Source: an uncultured Candidatus Entotheonella sp. (lineage in GTDB: Bacteria; Tectomicrobia; Entotheonellia; Entotheonellales; Entotheonellaceae). From it: DNA of 64,000 nt. Position 1 is the stretch's first letter. The number at the start of each line of letters is the position of its first letter. A program made the translations under genes and the position numbers. Where the stretch lies: NCBI GenBank assembly GCA_965217185.1, contig OZ244252.1, positions 2,272,001-2,336,000 on the forward strand, given 5' to 3'. Positions 18,654 through 28,255 of this stretch are shown piece after piece. The notes beneath the pieces were generated by a model that saw only the letters and a list, made by a program, of their open reading frames with translations, ran no database searches and was not told where the DNA came from.

Positions 18654-20558
18654 TTACTTCACATCCTCGAATTCGGCGTCGACAACCTCGCCGCCGTCCT
18701 TCCTCGTCTTGGCCGAGCCGGACGGCTGTTCGGCCCCATCCCCGTCGGGGTTCTGGGCGGCGGCCTGTTTGTACATCGCCTCGGCGAGCTTGTGTGAATT
18801 CTCCGTAATGCGGTCGCGGGTCTTTTCCATGGCGGCCACGTCGTCACCCTTCAACGCCTCGCGGCCTTCTTCCAGGGCGCTTTCCAAAGCGCTCTTGTCC
18901 TCGGGCGACAGATTGTCGCCGTGATCCTTGAGGGTCTTCTCGGTCTGATAGATCAGCGAGTCGAGCTGGTTTCTGGCCTCGACCGCCTTGCGCCGGTCGG
19001 CGTCCTCTTGGGCGTGCGCCTCAGCGTCGCCCACCATCTCGTCCACTTCGTCCTTACCCAGCCCGCCGGAACCGGTGATGGTAATTTCCTGCTCCTTGCC
19101 GGTGCCGAGGTCCTTGGCCTTGACGCTGACGATGCCGTTGGCGTCGATGTCAAAGGTCACCTCGATTTGGGGGACGCCGCGCGGTGCGGCCGGGATGCCT
19201 TCAAGGTGGAAGCGGCCCAGGGTGCGGTTGCCCTGCGCCATTTCGCGCTCACCCTGCAAGACGTGAATCTCGACGCTCGGCTGGTTGTCCGCGGCGGTGG
19301 AGAACGTCTGGCTTTCGCGTTTTGGAATGGTGGTGTTGCGTTCGATCAACTTGGTCATGACGCCGCCGAGGGTTTCGATGCCAAGGGACAACGGCGTTAC
19401 GTCCAGCAGCAGGACGTCCTTCACGTCGCCCGCCAGCACGCCGCCCTGCACCGAGGCGCCGATGGCGACCACTTCGTCCGGGTTGACGCTCTTGTTCGGG
19501 GCCTTGCCGAACAGGCGCTCGACCGCTTGCTGCACCAGCGGTACGCGGGTGGAACCGCCGACCAGCACCACTTCGTCGATGCTGCTGGGCGACAGATTGG
19601 CGTCCTTCAGTGCTTGCTTGCACGGCGTGATGCTGCGCTCGACGAGGTCCTCGACCATCTGCTCGAATTTGGCCCTGCTGAGCTTGGTAAGGAGGTGTTT
19701 CGGGCCGCTGGCGTCGGCGGTGATGAAGGGCAGGTTGATCTCGGTTTCGGCCACGGAAGACAGTTCGCACTTAGCCTTCTCGGCGGCCTCCTTCAGGCGT
19801 TGCATGCCCATCGGGTCACCGCTCAGGTTGATGCCCTGGTCGCGCTTGAATTCGTCCACCAGCCAATCAATGATGCGCTGGTCGAAGTTGTCGCCGCCGA
19901 GGTGGGTGTCGCCATTGGTGGCTTTCACCTCAACGACATTGTCGCCGACGTCCAGGATGGAAATGTCGAAGGTACCGCCGCCAAAGTCGTACACGGCGAT
20001 GGTTTCGTCGGTTTTCTTGTCGAGGCCGTAGGCCAGGGCTGCGGCGGTGGGTTCGTTGATGATGCGCTTCACGTCCAGCCCGGCGATCTGGCCGGCGTCC
20101 TTGGTGGCCTGCCGTTGGCTGTCGTTGAAATAGGCAGGGGTGGTGATGACGGCCTCGGTGACTTTCTCGCCCAGGTAATCCTCGGCGGCTTCCTTGAGCT
20201 TCTGCAGTATCATGGCCGAAATCTCCGGCGGCGCAAATTCCTTGTCATCAATCTTGACGCGGGCGTCGCCGCTGCCGGACGCCTGGACCTGATAGGGCAC
20301 CATGCCCCTTTCTTCGCTGACTTCGTTGAAGCGGCGTCCCATGAAGCGTTTGATCGAGTAAACCGTTTTTTCGGGATTGGTGACCGCTTGACGGCGCGCA
20401 ATTTGCCCCACGAGGCGTTCGCCGTCCTTGGTGAAGGCGACCACGGACGGGGTGATGCGGTTGCCTTCGCGATTGGCGATAACAGTCGGTTCGCTGCCTT
20501 CCATCACCGCCACGACCGAGTTGGTGGTGCCTAAGTCGATTCCGATGATCTTGCCCAT
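18654..20558 (-). CDS. dnaK: Chaperone DnaK
   Basis: [24 protein letters not shown] and C-terminal DAEFEDVK. Confidence 0.99.
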   Translation of the reverse strand: MGKIIGIDLGTTNSVVAVMEGSEPTVIANREGNRITPSVVAFTKDGERLVGQIARRQAVTNPEKTVYSIKRFMGRRFNEVSEERGMVPYQVQASGSGDARVKIDDKEFAPPEISAMILQKLKEAAEDYLGEKVTEAVITTPAYFNDSQRQATKDAGQIAGLDVKRIINEPTAAALAYGLDKKTDETIAVYDFGGGTFDISILDVGDNVVEVKATNGDTHLGGDNFDQRIIDWLVDEFKRDQGINLSGDPMGMQRLKEAAEKAKCELSSVAETEINLPFITADASGPKHLLTKLSRAKFEQMVEDLVERSITPCKQALKDANLSPSSIDEVVLVGGSTRVPLVQQAVERLFGKAPNKSVNPDEVVAIGASVQGGVLAGDVKDVLLLDVTPLSLGIETLGGVMTKLIERNTTIPKRESQTFSTAADNQPSVEIHVLQGEREMAQGNRTLGRFHLEGIPAAPRGVPQIEVTFDIDANGIVSVKAKDLGTGKEQEITITGSGGLGKDEVDEMVGDAEAHAQEDADRRKAVEARNQLDSLIYQTEKTLKDHGDNLSPEDKSALESALEEGREALKGDDVAAMEKTRDRITENSHKLAEAMYKQAAAQNPDGDGAEQPSGSAKTRKDGGEVVDAEFEDVK

Positions 20559-20687
20559 GACGTCTAGTCCTCCTGCAAACGCTTATTGCGCGGATAGGTG
20601 CTCAAACGGTTCTGTGAGGTTCAATAGCCGGTTCGTTCGGCGTGTCTGAGATAAGGGTGATGAATCGCCAATCATGCGGATTGGCGA

Positions 20688-20717
20688 AATATATTTCTTG
20701 AGTCGATTATTGTCAAG
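20688..20717 (-). promoter_or_regulatory. sigma70-type dnaK promoter with overlapping HAIR-like (HspR) operator
   Basis: Minus strand TTGACA-N17-TATATT (20716..20688). Overlapping CTTGAGT-N7-TGTCAAG (20697-20717) versus HAIR consensus CTTGAGT-N7-ACTCAAG. Confidence 0.7.
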
Positions 20718-20754
20718 TTAGGCGAGATGAACACCCGGCTCATGCCCGTCGTGT

Positions 20755-20994
20755 TTAGCCCGGCCGCAGAATTTCGGTGATCTGGTCCAGGTAGTAGCCG
20801 CGGAATTCGGCAAGCATCATGGCCAGCATCAACAAGGTCAGAAGCATGACAAAACCCAGGACCGCCAAGCCGGGAAGATTTCGCTCCATCATGCGCAGCA
20901 CGCGGTCGCGCGTCACCTCGCGCTCTTCGGCGGCGGTGTCCCCTTTCCCCGCCGTGTAGCTCCAAAACGTGCGGGGCATTTTGTTCCTGAACAT
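20755..20994 (-). CDS. Small single-pass membrane protein
   Basis: 79 aa with one long hydrophobic helix; GAAGGA RBS; fills the intergenic gap. Confidence 0.55.
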   Translation of the reverse strand: MFRNKMPRTFWSYTAGKGDTAAEEREVTRDRVLRMMERNLPGLAVLGFVMLLTLLMLAMMLAEFRGYYLDQITEILRPG

Positions 20995-21208
20995 GGCTGA
21001 CTTCCTTCTCCGAATTCTTGACAACTTTGGGGTTGAGGATCCCGTGAGGGGTGTCCCTGCGCTGGCAAGGCAGCAGCTTCAAAGCAGGATTATAACGTGT
21101 TTTTCGATCTGTGACCTGCGGTCGGAGGAACCGCCTCGCCGCCGGGTGAAAGGCGTGGTGGTATACTTGCGGGCCTTATTGGTTTCTTCCAAGCGAGTGT
21201 GAAATCCC

Positions 21209-22921
21209 ATGGATATCTTTGTCCTGAAAGCCTTTGTCGATGAACTGGCGCGCTGCCTGCCCGGTTCGCGGGTGTCGAAGGTATTTCAACTCAGCCCCGA
21301 CGACCTCCTGCTGCGATTGTGGCGTCATCGTGACCAGCGGCTTTTGCTCTCCATTCATCCCACTGGGCAGCGCCTGCATCTCGTCACGGAGCGGTTCGAG
21401 GCACCGCCGCGCCCGCCACGTTTTGCCGCCCTGTTACGTGCCCGCTTACGGCGGGCGCGGTTGCAGTCGGTGACCGTGCAGCCTTATGAGCGGGTGGCCA
21501 CGCTTGCTTGGCAGCAAGCCGACGAGGCGACGCCGTCATTGTGGCTGATTCACGAGTTGCAGGGCTCGCAGGCCAACCTCCTGTTGGTGGACGCGGAGGG
21601 TGTGGTGATCGACGCGCTCAAGCATGTGCCGGCATTGTCGTCGCAGAGCCGCCCCGCGTTGCCGGGAGCTTCCTATGCGCCGCGCCCCGTGCCATCGCAG
21701 CGGGTATTGCTACCCGACCTGACGACTGACCATCTGGATCTGTTGCAGGCGCAGGATGCGTGGAATGCCGCCAGCCTGAATCGCCTCGTCGTTGGCCTGT
21801 CACCGCTACTGGCTACGGAGTTGGTGCATCGTTACCCGAACGACACCCGAGCGTGTTGGGAACAGTTGAACGCATTACGGCAGGATTACGACAACCAGAC
21901 ATTGCCTCTATACCGTTGCACGGCGCCGGACGGCCGGCAGCACGTCAGCGTTCTGCCGTTGGACCATGCCGGGTATCGTGCCGAGCCGCTGGCCAATGCG
22001 CAAGCAGCCATGGCGGCCATCTCCCAGCCAGCCCTGGTGTCTACCGCGTTGGACGAGGCGCGTACCGGCGTGCGCAAGACGCTGCGCCGACGGTTGCAAA
22101 AGCTCGGCAGGAAAGTCGATCACCTCAATCGAGACCGGGAGAAGCTGAAAGGCTATGAGCCGTACCAGCGCTACGGGACGCTGCTCCTTACCCAGCGACT
22201 GCCGCGCGGATCGACGTGTGCCACGGTGACCGATTACTACAACCCAGAGCAGGAAACCATTCGCATCCCGCTCGACCCTCGCCTGTCCATTCACGAAAAC
22301 GCGCAGGCGTACTTCAAGAAATACCGCAAGACCAAGACCGGCCTGAGCAAGATCGAAACGTTGTTGCAAGAGTGTACGGAGGAGGAGGAATACCTCGAAG
22401 GATTGACCCAGCAAGTGGCGACGGCCGAGGACTGGCCCACCCTGGAGGAAATCGAGGCAGAACTCGGCGACAAACGGCAAGCGGGTCCGGCACGATCCTC
22501 TATCCGCCCTCGCGTTGCCGCTACGCAGCCTTACCGAACGTTTGCGCTGTCCGGCGGGTACACCCTCTTTTGCGGCAAAAGCAACCACGGCAATGACGCG
22601 CTTGTGCGCCAGGTGGCGGCGCCCGACGACCTGTGGTTCCACGCCCACGGGCATGCCGGGGCGCACGTGGTGCTCAAGGCGCCGAGCGGTGGGGCGGTGC
22701 CCGATGAAACCCTGCGCGCCGCGGCCGGTCTTGCCGCTTACTACAGCAAGGGTAAGGACGCCGCGACCGTGGAAGTGGTGTATACGTCCGTCAAGCACGT
22801 GCGCAAGTTTCGCGGCGCGCGGCCCGGTCAGGTGCAGGTGAACAACTTTCGGACACTAGAAGCCGCGCCAGGGCTCCCCGCAACGCCTAAACTGAGCGAA
22901 CTCGAAGAGGTGCCGTCGTGA
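21209..22921 (+). CDS. rqcH: Ribosome quality control protein RqcH (FbpA/NFACT family)
   Basis: FAALLRARL, ERV, ANLLLVD, LDPRLS..ENAQAYFKKY, GKSN.GND, DLWFHA..HAGAHV and AAYYSK motifs. Confidence 0.9.
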   Translation: MDIFVLKAFVDELARCLPGSRVSKVFQLSPDDLLLRLWRHRDQRLLLSIHPTGQRLHLVTERFEAPPRPPRFAALLRARLRRARLQSVTVQPYERVATLAWQQADEATPSLWLIHELQGSQANLLLVDAEGVVIDALKHVPALSSQSRPALPGASYAPRPVPSQRVLLPDLTTDHLDLLQAQDAWNAASLNRLVVGLSPLLATELVHRYPNDTRACWEQLNALRQDYDNQTLPLYRCTAPDGRQHVSVLPLDHAGYRAEPLANAQAAMAAISQPALVSTALDEARTGVRKTLRRRLQKLGRKVDHLNRDREKLKGYEPYQRYGTLLLTQRLPRGSTCATVTDYYNPEQETIRIPLDPRLSIHENAQAYFKKYRKTKTGLSKIETLLQECTEEEEYLEGLTQQVATAEDWPTLEEIEAELGDKRQAGPARSSIRPRVAATQPYRTFALSGGYTLFCGKSNHGNDALVRQVAAPDDLWFHAHGHAGAHVVLKAPSGGAVPDETLRAAAGLAAYYSKGKDAATVEVVYTSVKHVRKFRGARPGQVQVNNFRTLEAAPGLPATPKLSELEEVPS

Positions 22922-23661
22922 AGTACGCGATTATCTCCGACCTGCATGCCAATCTCGAAGCCTTGCAAACGGTATTGGATGACGCATCGTCCAGAGTCGA
23001 CAACGTCGTCTGCCTTGGGGATATTGTCGGGTATAACGCCAACCCGCACGAGTGCCTGCGCCTGGTCCGGGAGACCTGCGCCGTCGTCATCGCGGGCAAC
23101 CACGACCAAGCGGCCTGCGGCATGCGGCGCTATGATGACTTCAACGAATGGGCGCGGGAAGCGATGGACTGGACGCGGCAGCAACTCAGCGCCGCGGAAG
23201 TGGGATATCTGAAGGCCCTGCCCGGCACGGCGCCGTTCGGCAACGGTTGGTTGGCGGCGCATGGCTCGCCACGCGACACGGACGAATACCTCTTCGACGC
23301 ATTGGGCTTTGAGATGGCGTTTGACAGCCTGCAGCGGCTTCGACCCGAGATGCGCGGCTGCTTCGTCGGTCACACCCATTTGCCGATGATCTGGGCGTGC
23401 AGTTCCGAGGGGCGAGTGGTTCAGGTGAGGGCTGAGTCGCGGACCGTTAGGCTGGACCCGGCGTGCCGCTACATCGTCAATCCGGGCAGCGTCGGCCAAC
23501 CGCGCAGCGGCAATCCCCTGGCGGCGTACGCGATTCTGGACGATGAAGCGGCCATGGTCGAGTTTCGCCGCGTCCCCTACGACATCCCCGCGGCGCAAGA
23601 GAAGATCTACGATGCCATGCTGCCGCCGTTGCTGGCGGAGCGATTGGCGATTGGCCGTTAG
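22918..23661 (+). CDS. Calcineurin-like metallophosphoesterase
   Basis: DLH, GDIVGY, GNHD, HGSP, GHTH and NPGSVGQPR motifs; GTGA overlap with rqcH. Confidence 0.9.
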   Translation: MKYAIISDLHANLEALQTVLDDASSRVDNVVCLGDIVGYNANPHECLRLVRETCAVVIAGNHDQAACGMRRYDDFNEWAREAMDWTRQQLSAAEVGYLKALPGTAPFGNGWLAAHGSPRDTDEYLFDALGFEMAFDSLQRLRPEMRGCFVGHTHLPMIWACSSEGRVVQVRAESRTVRLDPACRYIVNPGSVGQPRSGNPLAAYAILDDEAAMVEFRRVPYDIPAAQEKIYDAMLPPLLAERLAIGR

Positions 23662-23672
23662 CCGGCGGATCG

Positions 23673-23702
23673 GTAGGTCAGATTAGCAAAGCGTAATCCG
23701 AC
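23673..23702. repeat. GTAG-class REP-like palindrome between convergent genes
   Basis: GTAG-GTCAGATTAGC-AAA-GCGTAATCCGAC imperfect hairpin. Confidence 0.55.
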
Positions 23703-23715
23703 ATCCCACTGCGAA

Positions 23716-25356
23716 TCAGTTTTCGACCAGCGCGCCGCTCCTGCGCCTGACCAGCAGGTGCCATGCCGAGTCGGCGATCTCCACAATTCCTTCCATCGTC
23801 TTCCGATACAGGCGCTGCACCGGCACCTCGTCGATCGTCAGACCTTCGAGACCCTCGCCGTTTCTGGCGAGGCGGATCTCCTGCCCAGGGTGCATGCGGC
23901 GAATGATCTCGTACTCATCCGGGCCGGTACCGATGAGAAATTCACGCCGTTTCCGCCCGATAACCGCCTGCAGCAGCACGATGCTGTTGAGGGGCTCGCC
24001 CTTTGGGCTGAAGCGCGTTGTTGCGCAGTGGAATCGCCCCTTGATACGATCGCGCTCGGCGAACAGCGCCTCCAGAGACATGCCTCTCGGCTTCGGCGCC
24101 GCCAGCAATGGCAGTGAAGTCGGCTTGAACGGCGCGCGCTGGGCATTTTGGTAGTGTTCCGTCTTTTCCAGCAGAGTCACGACGTTGTTGTTGATCGGCC
24201 CGCCGATCGATTGGGACAACGCCATCTGATAGGCCGGCGTGTCCATCAGCATCTGATGGTTCTCCACCACCTGCACCATGCCGGTGGCACCAAGCGGATG
24301 TCCGCGCGCCAACAGGCCGCCGCTCAGGTTGGTCGGAAAGCGTCCTTGCGGGCCGGTGATGTCCTCGTCCAACAGGGCCGTCAGGCAGGCGTCGCGGTCG
24401 ATCAATCCCAAGTCCACGAGGTTAACCGGTCCGAAGCTGCTGAACGGGTCGTGCATGTTGACGTACAGCTCGCCCGCCAAGTCGCGGATGTCGAGTATCC
24501 CGGCCATGCCGTAGGCGTAGCGCGAGGCCATGACGGTGGCCGGGAAGCTGTCAAAGCGCCCGCGGTCGGCAATGGTAGGCAGGTCGGTGGCCGAGCCGAC
24601 GCCGACCACCTGCACTGGCTGCGGCTCGGCGGTCAGGATGCACGCCGCCACGGCGTCCGACATGGGGCAGCAGTCATACAGCCGCAGCGGGTCGTAATAC
24701 ACCCAATTGCGCCCGCTGTGGCTGTCGTCCATGTAGGTTTCCACGGGCAGGGGAAAGTTGAGGTGCGCCTCCTCGCGCCCGGCGGCGTAACGGTGCGCGC
24801 GCTCGGCCCATTGCGCGGCCAGTCCCATCCAGGCTTCCTCACTGAGCTTCAGCTCGTGCATGAGACTCTTCGCCACCAAGGCGCCGCAGGCCGGCATGGT
24901 GAGTCCGTATTCCGCTTCCTCGCGGTCGATCACCCCGGCGATGATCCGCGTGGCGTCCTCCGTGTTCACGTCGGTCATTTTCTGAATGCCCAACGCCAAC
25001 ACGTGATCGTAACGACCCGATGCCACCTCCAGGTAGGCGTTTTCAAAGGCGCTCGCACCGGAGCTTGAGGCCGTGTCGATCAGCACCGACTTGGCGCCGC
25101 TGATTCCCAGCAAGCCTGAAATCTTGGCCGCCACGTTATCCATGTTGTTGAACGCGAAAGGATTCTGACTGCCCACCACCACCGCCTCGATTTCCTCGCG
25201 GCGCACTGAGCTGTCGTCGAATATCTCGCTCACCTGTTCGGCAAGCTCGACGAACGTCCGCTTTTGCAGATGACGCCCGTTGTATTTCCCCACGCGGCTC
25301 ATGTACGACGACGCAACATACACGCCACGGGCTTGGAAGGCATGCAACCCACTCAT
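23716..25356 (-). CDS. SCPx-type thiolase-fold protein with C-terminal extension
   Basis: CPMSD..AA, HDPF, NLSGGL..RGHPLGATG motifs. Ser occupies the nucleophile position (TASSSG). About 140 extra C-terminal residues. Confidence 0.8.
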   Translation of the reverse strand: MSGLHAFQARGVYVASSYMSRVGKYNGRHLQKRTFVELAEQVSEIFDDSSVRREEIEAVVVGSQNPFAFNNMDNVAAKISGLLGISGAKSVLIDTASSSGASAFENAYLEVASGRYDHVLALGIQKMTDVNTEDATRIIAGVIDREEAEYGLTMPACGALVAKSLMHELKLSEEAWMGLAAQWAERAHRYAAGREEAHLNFPLPVETYMDDSHSGRNWVYYDPLRLYDCCPMSDAVAACILTAEPQPVQVVGVGSATDLPTIADRGRFDSFPATVMASRYAYGMAGILDIRDLAGELYVNMHDPFSSFGPVNLVDLGLIDRDACLTALLDEDITGPQGRFPTNLSGGLLARGHPLGATGMVQVVENHQMLMDTPAYQMALSQSIGGPINNNVVTLLEKTEHYQNAQRAPFKPTSLPLLAAPKPRGMSLEALFAERDRIKGRFHCATTRFSPKGEPLNSIVLLQAVIGRKRREFLIGTGPDEYEIIRRMHPGQEIRLARNGEGLEGLTIDEVPVQRLYRKTMEGIVEIADSAWHLLVRRRSGALVEN

Positions 25357-25357
25357 T

Positions 25358-25395
25358 TAATGATCCCCATGTCAGCTAATGATCCCCATGTCAGC
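25358..25395. repeat. Perfect 19-bp tandem duplication
   Basis: TAATGATCCCCATGTCAGC x2 (25358-25376 and 25377-25395). Confidence 0.92.
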
Positions 25396-25581
25396 GGTTT
25401 GGAATGGGGTCTGTTTAACCGAACGATTGCCGGTAGTCAAGCGCGCATCGGGGGCTTGCGTCATCGTCCCGACTCACCGCGCCGTTTGCGCAGAGCCATG
25501 AAAGGTGCTACGGTGTGCGGCTCGAATCATGTATGGCCGCGAACGGTTTGGCGCCCTATTTCCGGGTGGTGGAGGCCTCCT

Positions 25582-26754
25582 ATGGATTTGCGATTTTCTC
25601 CTGAAGACGAGCAGTACCGACTGAAGTTGCGAACTTGGCTTGAGGCCAACATGCCGACGGAGGCGCCGCCCTCGAATCAGGACGCCGATTTCGCCTTCCG
25701 GCGTGTCTGGCAGCGCAAGCTCTACGACGGCGGCTGGGTTGGCATCAACTGGCCCAAGGAATACGGCGGCCAAGGCGCCACACTGATCGAGCAGGCCATC
25801 TATGCGCAGGAGATGACCCGCGCCCGCGCCCCGCAGCCCGCCAATGGCCTGGGCATCGGCATCGTCGGTCCCACCCTCATGGAGCACGGCACCGAGACCC
25901 AGAAGCAGCGCTTCATCCCCAAAATTCTCAACGCCGACGAAATCTGGTGCCAGGGTTTCTCGGAACCCAACTCCGGTTCGGATTTGGCGTCGCTGCAGAC
26001 CAAGGCCGTGCTGGACGGGGATGACTTCGTGGTCAACGGCCAGAAAATCTGGACCAGCCTCGGGCAGTATGCCGACTGGTGCATTCTGTTGGTGCGCACC
26101 GACACCGACGCCCCCAAACACCGCGGTATTTCCTACCTGCTGGTCGATATGCGAAGCCCCGGCGTTACCGTGCGTCCCCTGAAACAGATCACCGGCAATT
26201 CCGAGTTCAATGAGACCTTTTTCGACAACGTGCGGGTGCCGAAGCAGAACCTGATCGGCGAGATGAACGAGGGCTGGCGCATCGCCATGACCACCCTGAC
26301 TTACGAGCGCGGTATCTCCTCGCTGGCCACCCAGGTACGCATCAAGCAACAACTCGACGGCATGATCGGCTACGCCAGCAAGACGCGGCGCAACGGCGGC
26401 ACCTTGTCGGAGGACCCGGTGTTGCGGCAGGACTTGGCGCAGGCGCACATCCGCGTTGAGATCATGCTGCTCAACCTATACCGCGGCATCACGAGCCGCC
26501 TGCGGGGGCAGCCGCCCGGCCCGGAAGCGTCGCTGGACAAACTGTACTGGAGCGAATTGGACAAGTGGATGCAGGAACTTGGCATGTCGCTTCAGGGGCC
26601 GTATTCGCAGCTTGTGGAAGGCTCCGAACACGCTATTGAGGGTAACTGGCAATACAATTTTCTGCGTAGCCGGGCGGGGACCATCTACTCGGGGACGTCG
26701 GAAATCCAGAAGAACATTATTGGAGAGCGGGTGCTGGGCCTGCCCAAGGGGTAG
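25582..26754 (+). CDS. Acyl-CoA dehydrogenase
   Basis: WCQGFSEPNSGSDLASL, NGQKIWTS and TIYSGTSEIQKNII motifs; GGAGG RBS. Confidence 0.92.
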   Translation: MDLRFSPEDEQYRLKLRTWLEANMPTEAPPSNQDADFAFRRVWQRKLYDGGWVGINWPKEYGGQGATLIEQAIYAQEMTRARAPQPANGLGIGIVGPTLMEHGTETQKQRFIPKILNADEIWCQGFSEPNSGSDLASLQTKAVLDGDDFVVNGQKIWTSLGQYADWCILLVRTDTDAPKHRGISYLLVDMRSPGVTVRPLKQITGNSEFNETFFDNVRVPKQNLIGEMNEGWRIAMTTLTYERGISSLATQVRIKQQLDGMIGYASKTRRNGGTLSEDPVLRQDLAQAHIRVEIMLLNLYRGITSRLRGQPPGPEASLDKLYWSELDKWMQELGMSLQGPYSQLVEGSEHAIEGNWQYNFLRSRAGTIYSGTSEIQKNIIGERVLGLPKG

Positions 26755-26783
26755 GTTGGCATTGGAAAGGGGCAGGGCAGAAC

Positions 26784-27026
26784 ATGGCTGACGCCAGGAC
26801 GCCGTTCGATTGGAGCGTGATCTTTAGGGTGTTGCTGTGCCTGTTTCTGGGCGGTGGTTTCGTGCTGTTCATCCTCAACAATCGCCTGTTGGAATACGGA
26901 TTCCGGGTGCTTGCGAATCTGGAAGTCCTGATCATGCTGGCGCTGTTGGGAATCCCCTTCCTGTTCGCCCTTGTGCATCTGATACGGAGCTTTTCCCACC
27001 ATCGGTCCGGCGAGCCGCAAGCCTGA
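26784..27026 (+). CDS. Small two-TM membrane protein
   Basis: 80 aa with two hydrophobic helices; follows the ACAD on the same strand. Confidence 0.55.
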   Translation: MADARTPFDWSVIFRVLLCLFLGGGFVLFILNNRLLEYGFRVLANLEVLIMLALLGIPFLFALVHLIRSFSHHRSGEPQA

Positions 27027-27047
27027 CGGCCATCGCTGGGCCGACCT

Positions 27048-28226
27048 TCAGATCAATTCCCCATATCGCCCGAACGTTTCAAACTCCTCTTGCAGCAGCG
27101 CCTTGGCAATGATCAGTTTGTGGATGGTCGGGGTGCCCTCCTCAAGCCAATTCAGACGCGCATCACGGTAAAGCATCTCGATACGACTGGACTTCAGATA
27201 ACCCAGTCCGCCGTGCACCAGGAGTGCTTTGTCGGTGACCCGTCCGACTGCTTCCAGGCCGAAGAGCTTGCACATGGATGACTCGGCGGCAATGCGTTGG
27301 CCGGCGTCGTACTTGCCCAAGGCGTCGAGGATCATGTGGCGCAGGGCGTAGATGTCCGTGCCCATTTCGGCCAGATAGCCCTGTACGGCTTGGCGGCTGG
27401 CGATGGGCTTGCCGAAGGTGACGCGCTGCTTGGCCCACGCCAGCGATAGTTCCAGCGAGCGCTCAGCGGTGCCAAGGGCCGCAACGGCGATGAAGACACG
27501 GCTGACCTCGAGAAAGGCGAGCAACTGCTCAGGCCCCATGCCCTCTTGGCCGAGGATGTTCTCGACAGGCACGGCCACGTCTTCAAAGGTCAGCAGATCG
27601 TGCGAGGCGCCGGAGCAACCCATGGTGTGAGCCATGGGTGTGATCGTGAAGCCGGGCATGCCGCGCTCGACCAGAAGCACGCTGAACTGCCGCTCAGGGC
27701 TCAGGGCCGGGTTGCTGGTGAAGCAGAAAATGGCGAACAAATCGGCCTCGCGCGCGTTGGTGATCAAGTGCTTGCGGCCGTTCAGAATGTAGGCGTCACC
27801 CTTGCGTACCGCCGTGCAATTGCTGTCCAGGCCGGAGCCGCTGTCCGGTTCGGTGAGGCCGAAGCAGACCAGCAGGTCGCCGGTTGCCATAGCCGGCAGG
27901 TAGCGCGCTTGCTGCTCCGGCCGGCCGGTTTCGATCAAGTGCACGCTGCTGTTGTGCACGTGCAGCATGGCCCGAATGCCGCCGTGTATCTTGGCCAACT
28001 CCTTTAGCACGGCGGCGTACTGCACGGTACTGAGGCCCAGGCCGCCGTAGGCTTCGGGCACCAGACAGTCGAAGAGATGGTGGTTGCGGAATTTTGGGCG
28101 CAGTTGCTCGAAAGGGATCAGTTCATCGCGCTCGATCTGTGGCACCAGGGGGTCGATTTCCTGCCACAGAAAGGTCTTGACGTCCTGCAGGTATGCCTCA
28201 AACGCGGCTTCGTCGGGAAAGACCAT
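27048..28226 (-). CDS. Acyl-CoA dehydrogenase
   Basis: FGLTEPDSGS, NGRKHLITN, RVTFGKPI, HGGLGY and YRDAR..EEGT motifs. Confidence 0.92.
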   Translation of the reverse strand: MVFPDEAAFEAYLQDVKTFLWQEIDPLVPQIERDELIPFEQLRPKFRNHHLFDCLVPEAYGGLGLSTVQYAAVLKELAKIHGGIRAMLHVHNSSVHLIETGRPEQQARYLPAMATGDLLVCFGLTEPDSGSGLDSNCTAVRKGDAYILNGRKHLITNAREADLFAIFCFTSNPALSPERQFSVLLVERGMPGFTITPMAHTMGCSGASHDLLTFEDVAVPVENILGQEGMGPEQLLAFLEVSRVFIAVAALGTAERSLELSLAWAKQRVTFGKPIASRQAVQGYLAEMGTDIYALRHMILDALGKYDAGQRIAAESSMCKLFGLEAVGRVTDKALLVHGGLGYLKSSRIEMLYRDARLNWLEEGTPTIHKLIIAKALLQEEFETFGRYGELI

Positions 28227-28255
28227 GGGACGCTCCGTTGTGTGAGAAACCGGCC

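Noticed and set aside
18921..20534. Long antisense ORFs opposite dnaK, and similarly opposite guaB, ilvB and dnaE
   Set aside because: Typical high-GC codon-bias shadows with no recognisable motifs.
20559..20754. CIRCE element upstream of dnaK
   Set aside because: No TTAGCACTC-N9-GAGTGCTAA match; a HAIR-like site is present instead.
25264..25581. 106-aa N-terminal extension of the acyl-CoA dehydrogenase
   Set aside because: It overlaps the divergent thiolase gene. A GGAGG RBS and a typical MDLRF start support ATG 25582.
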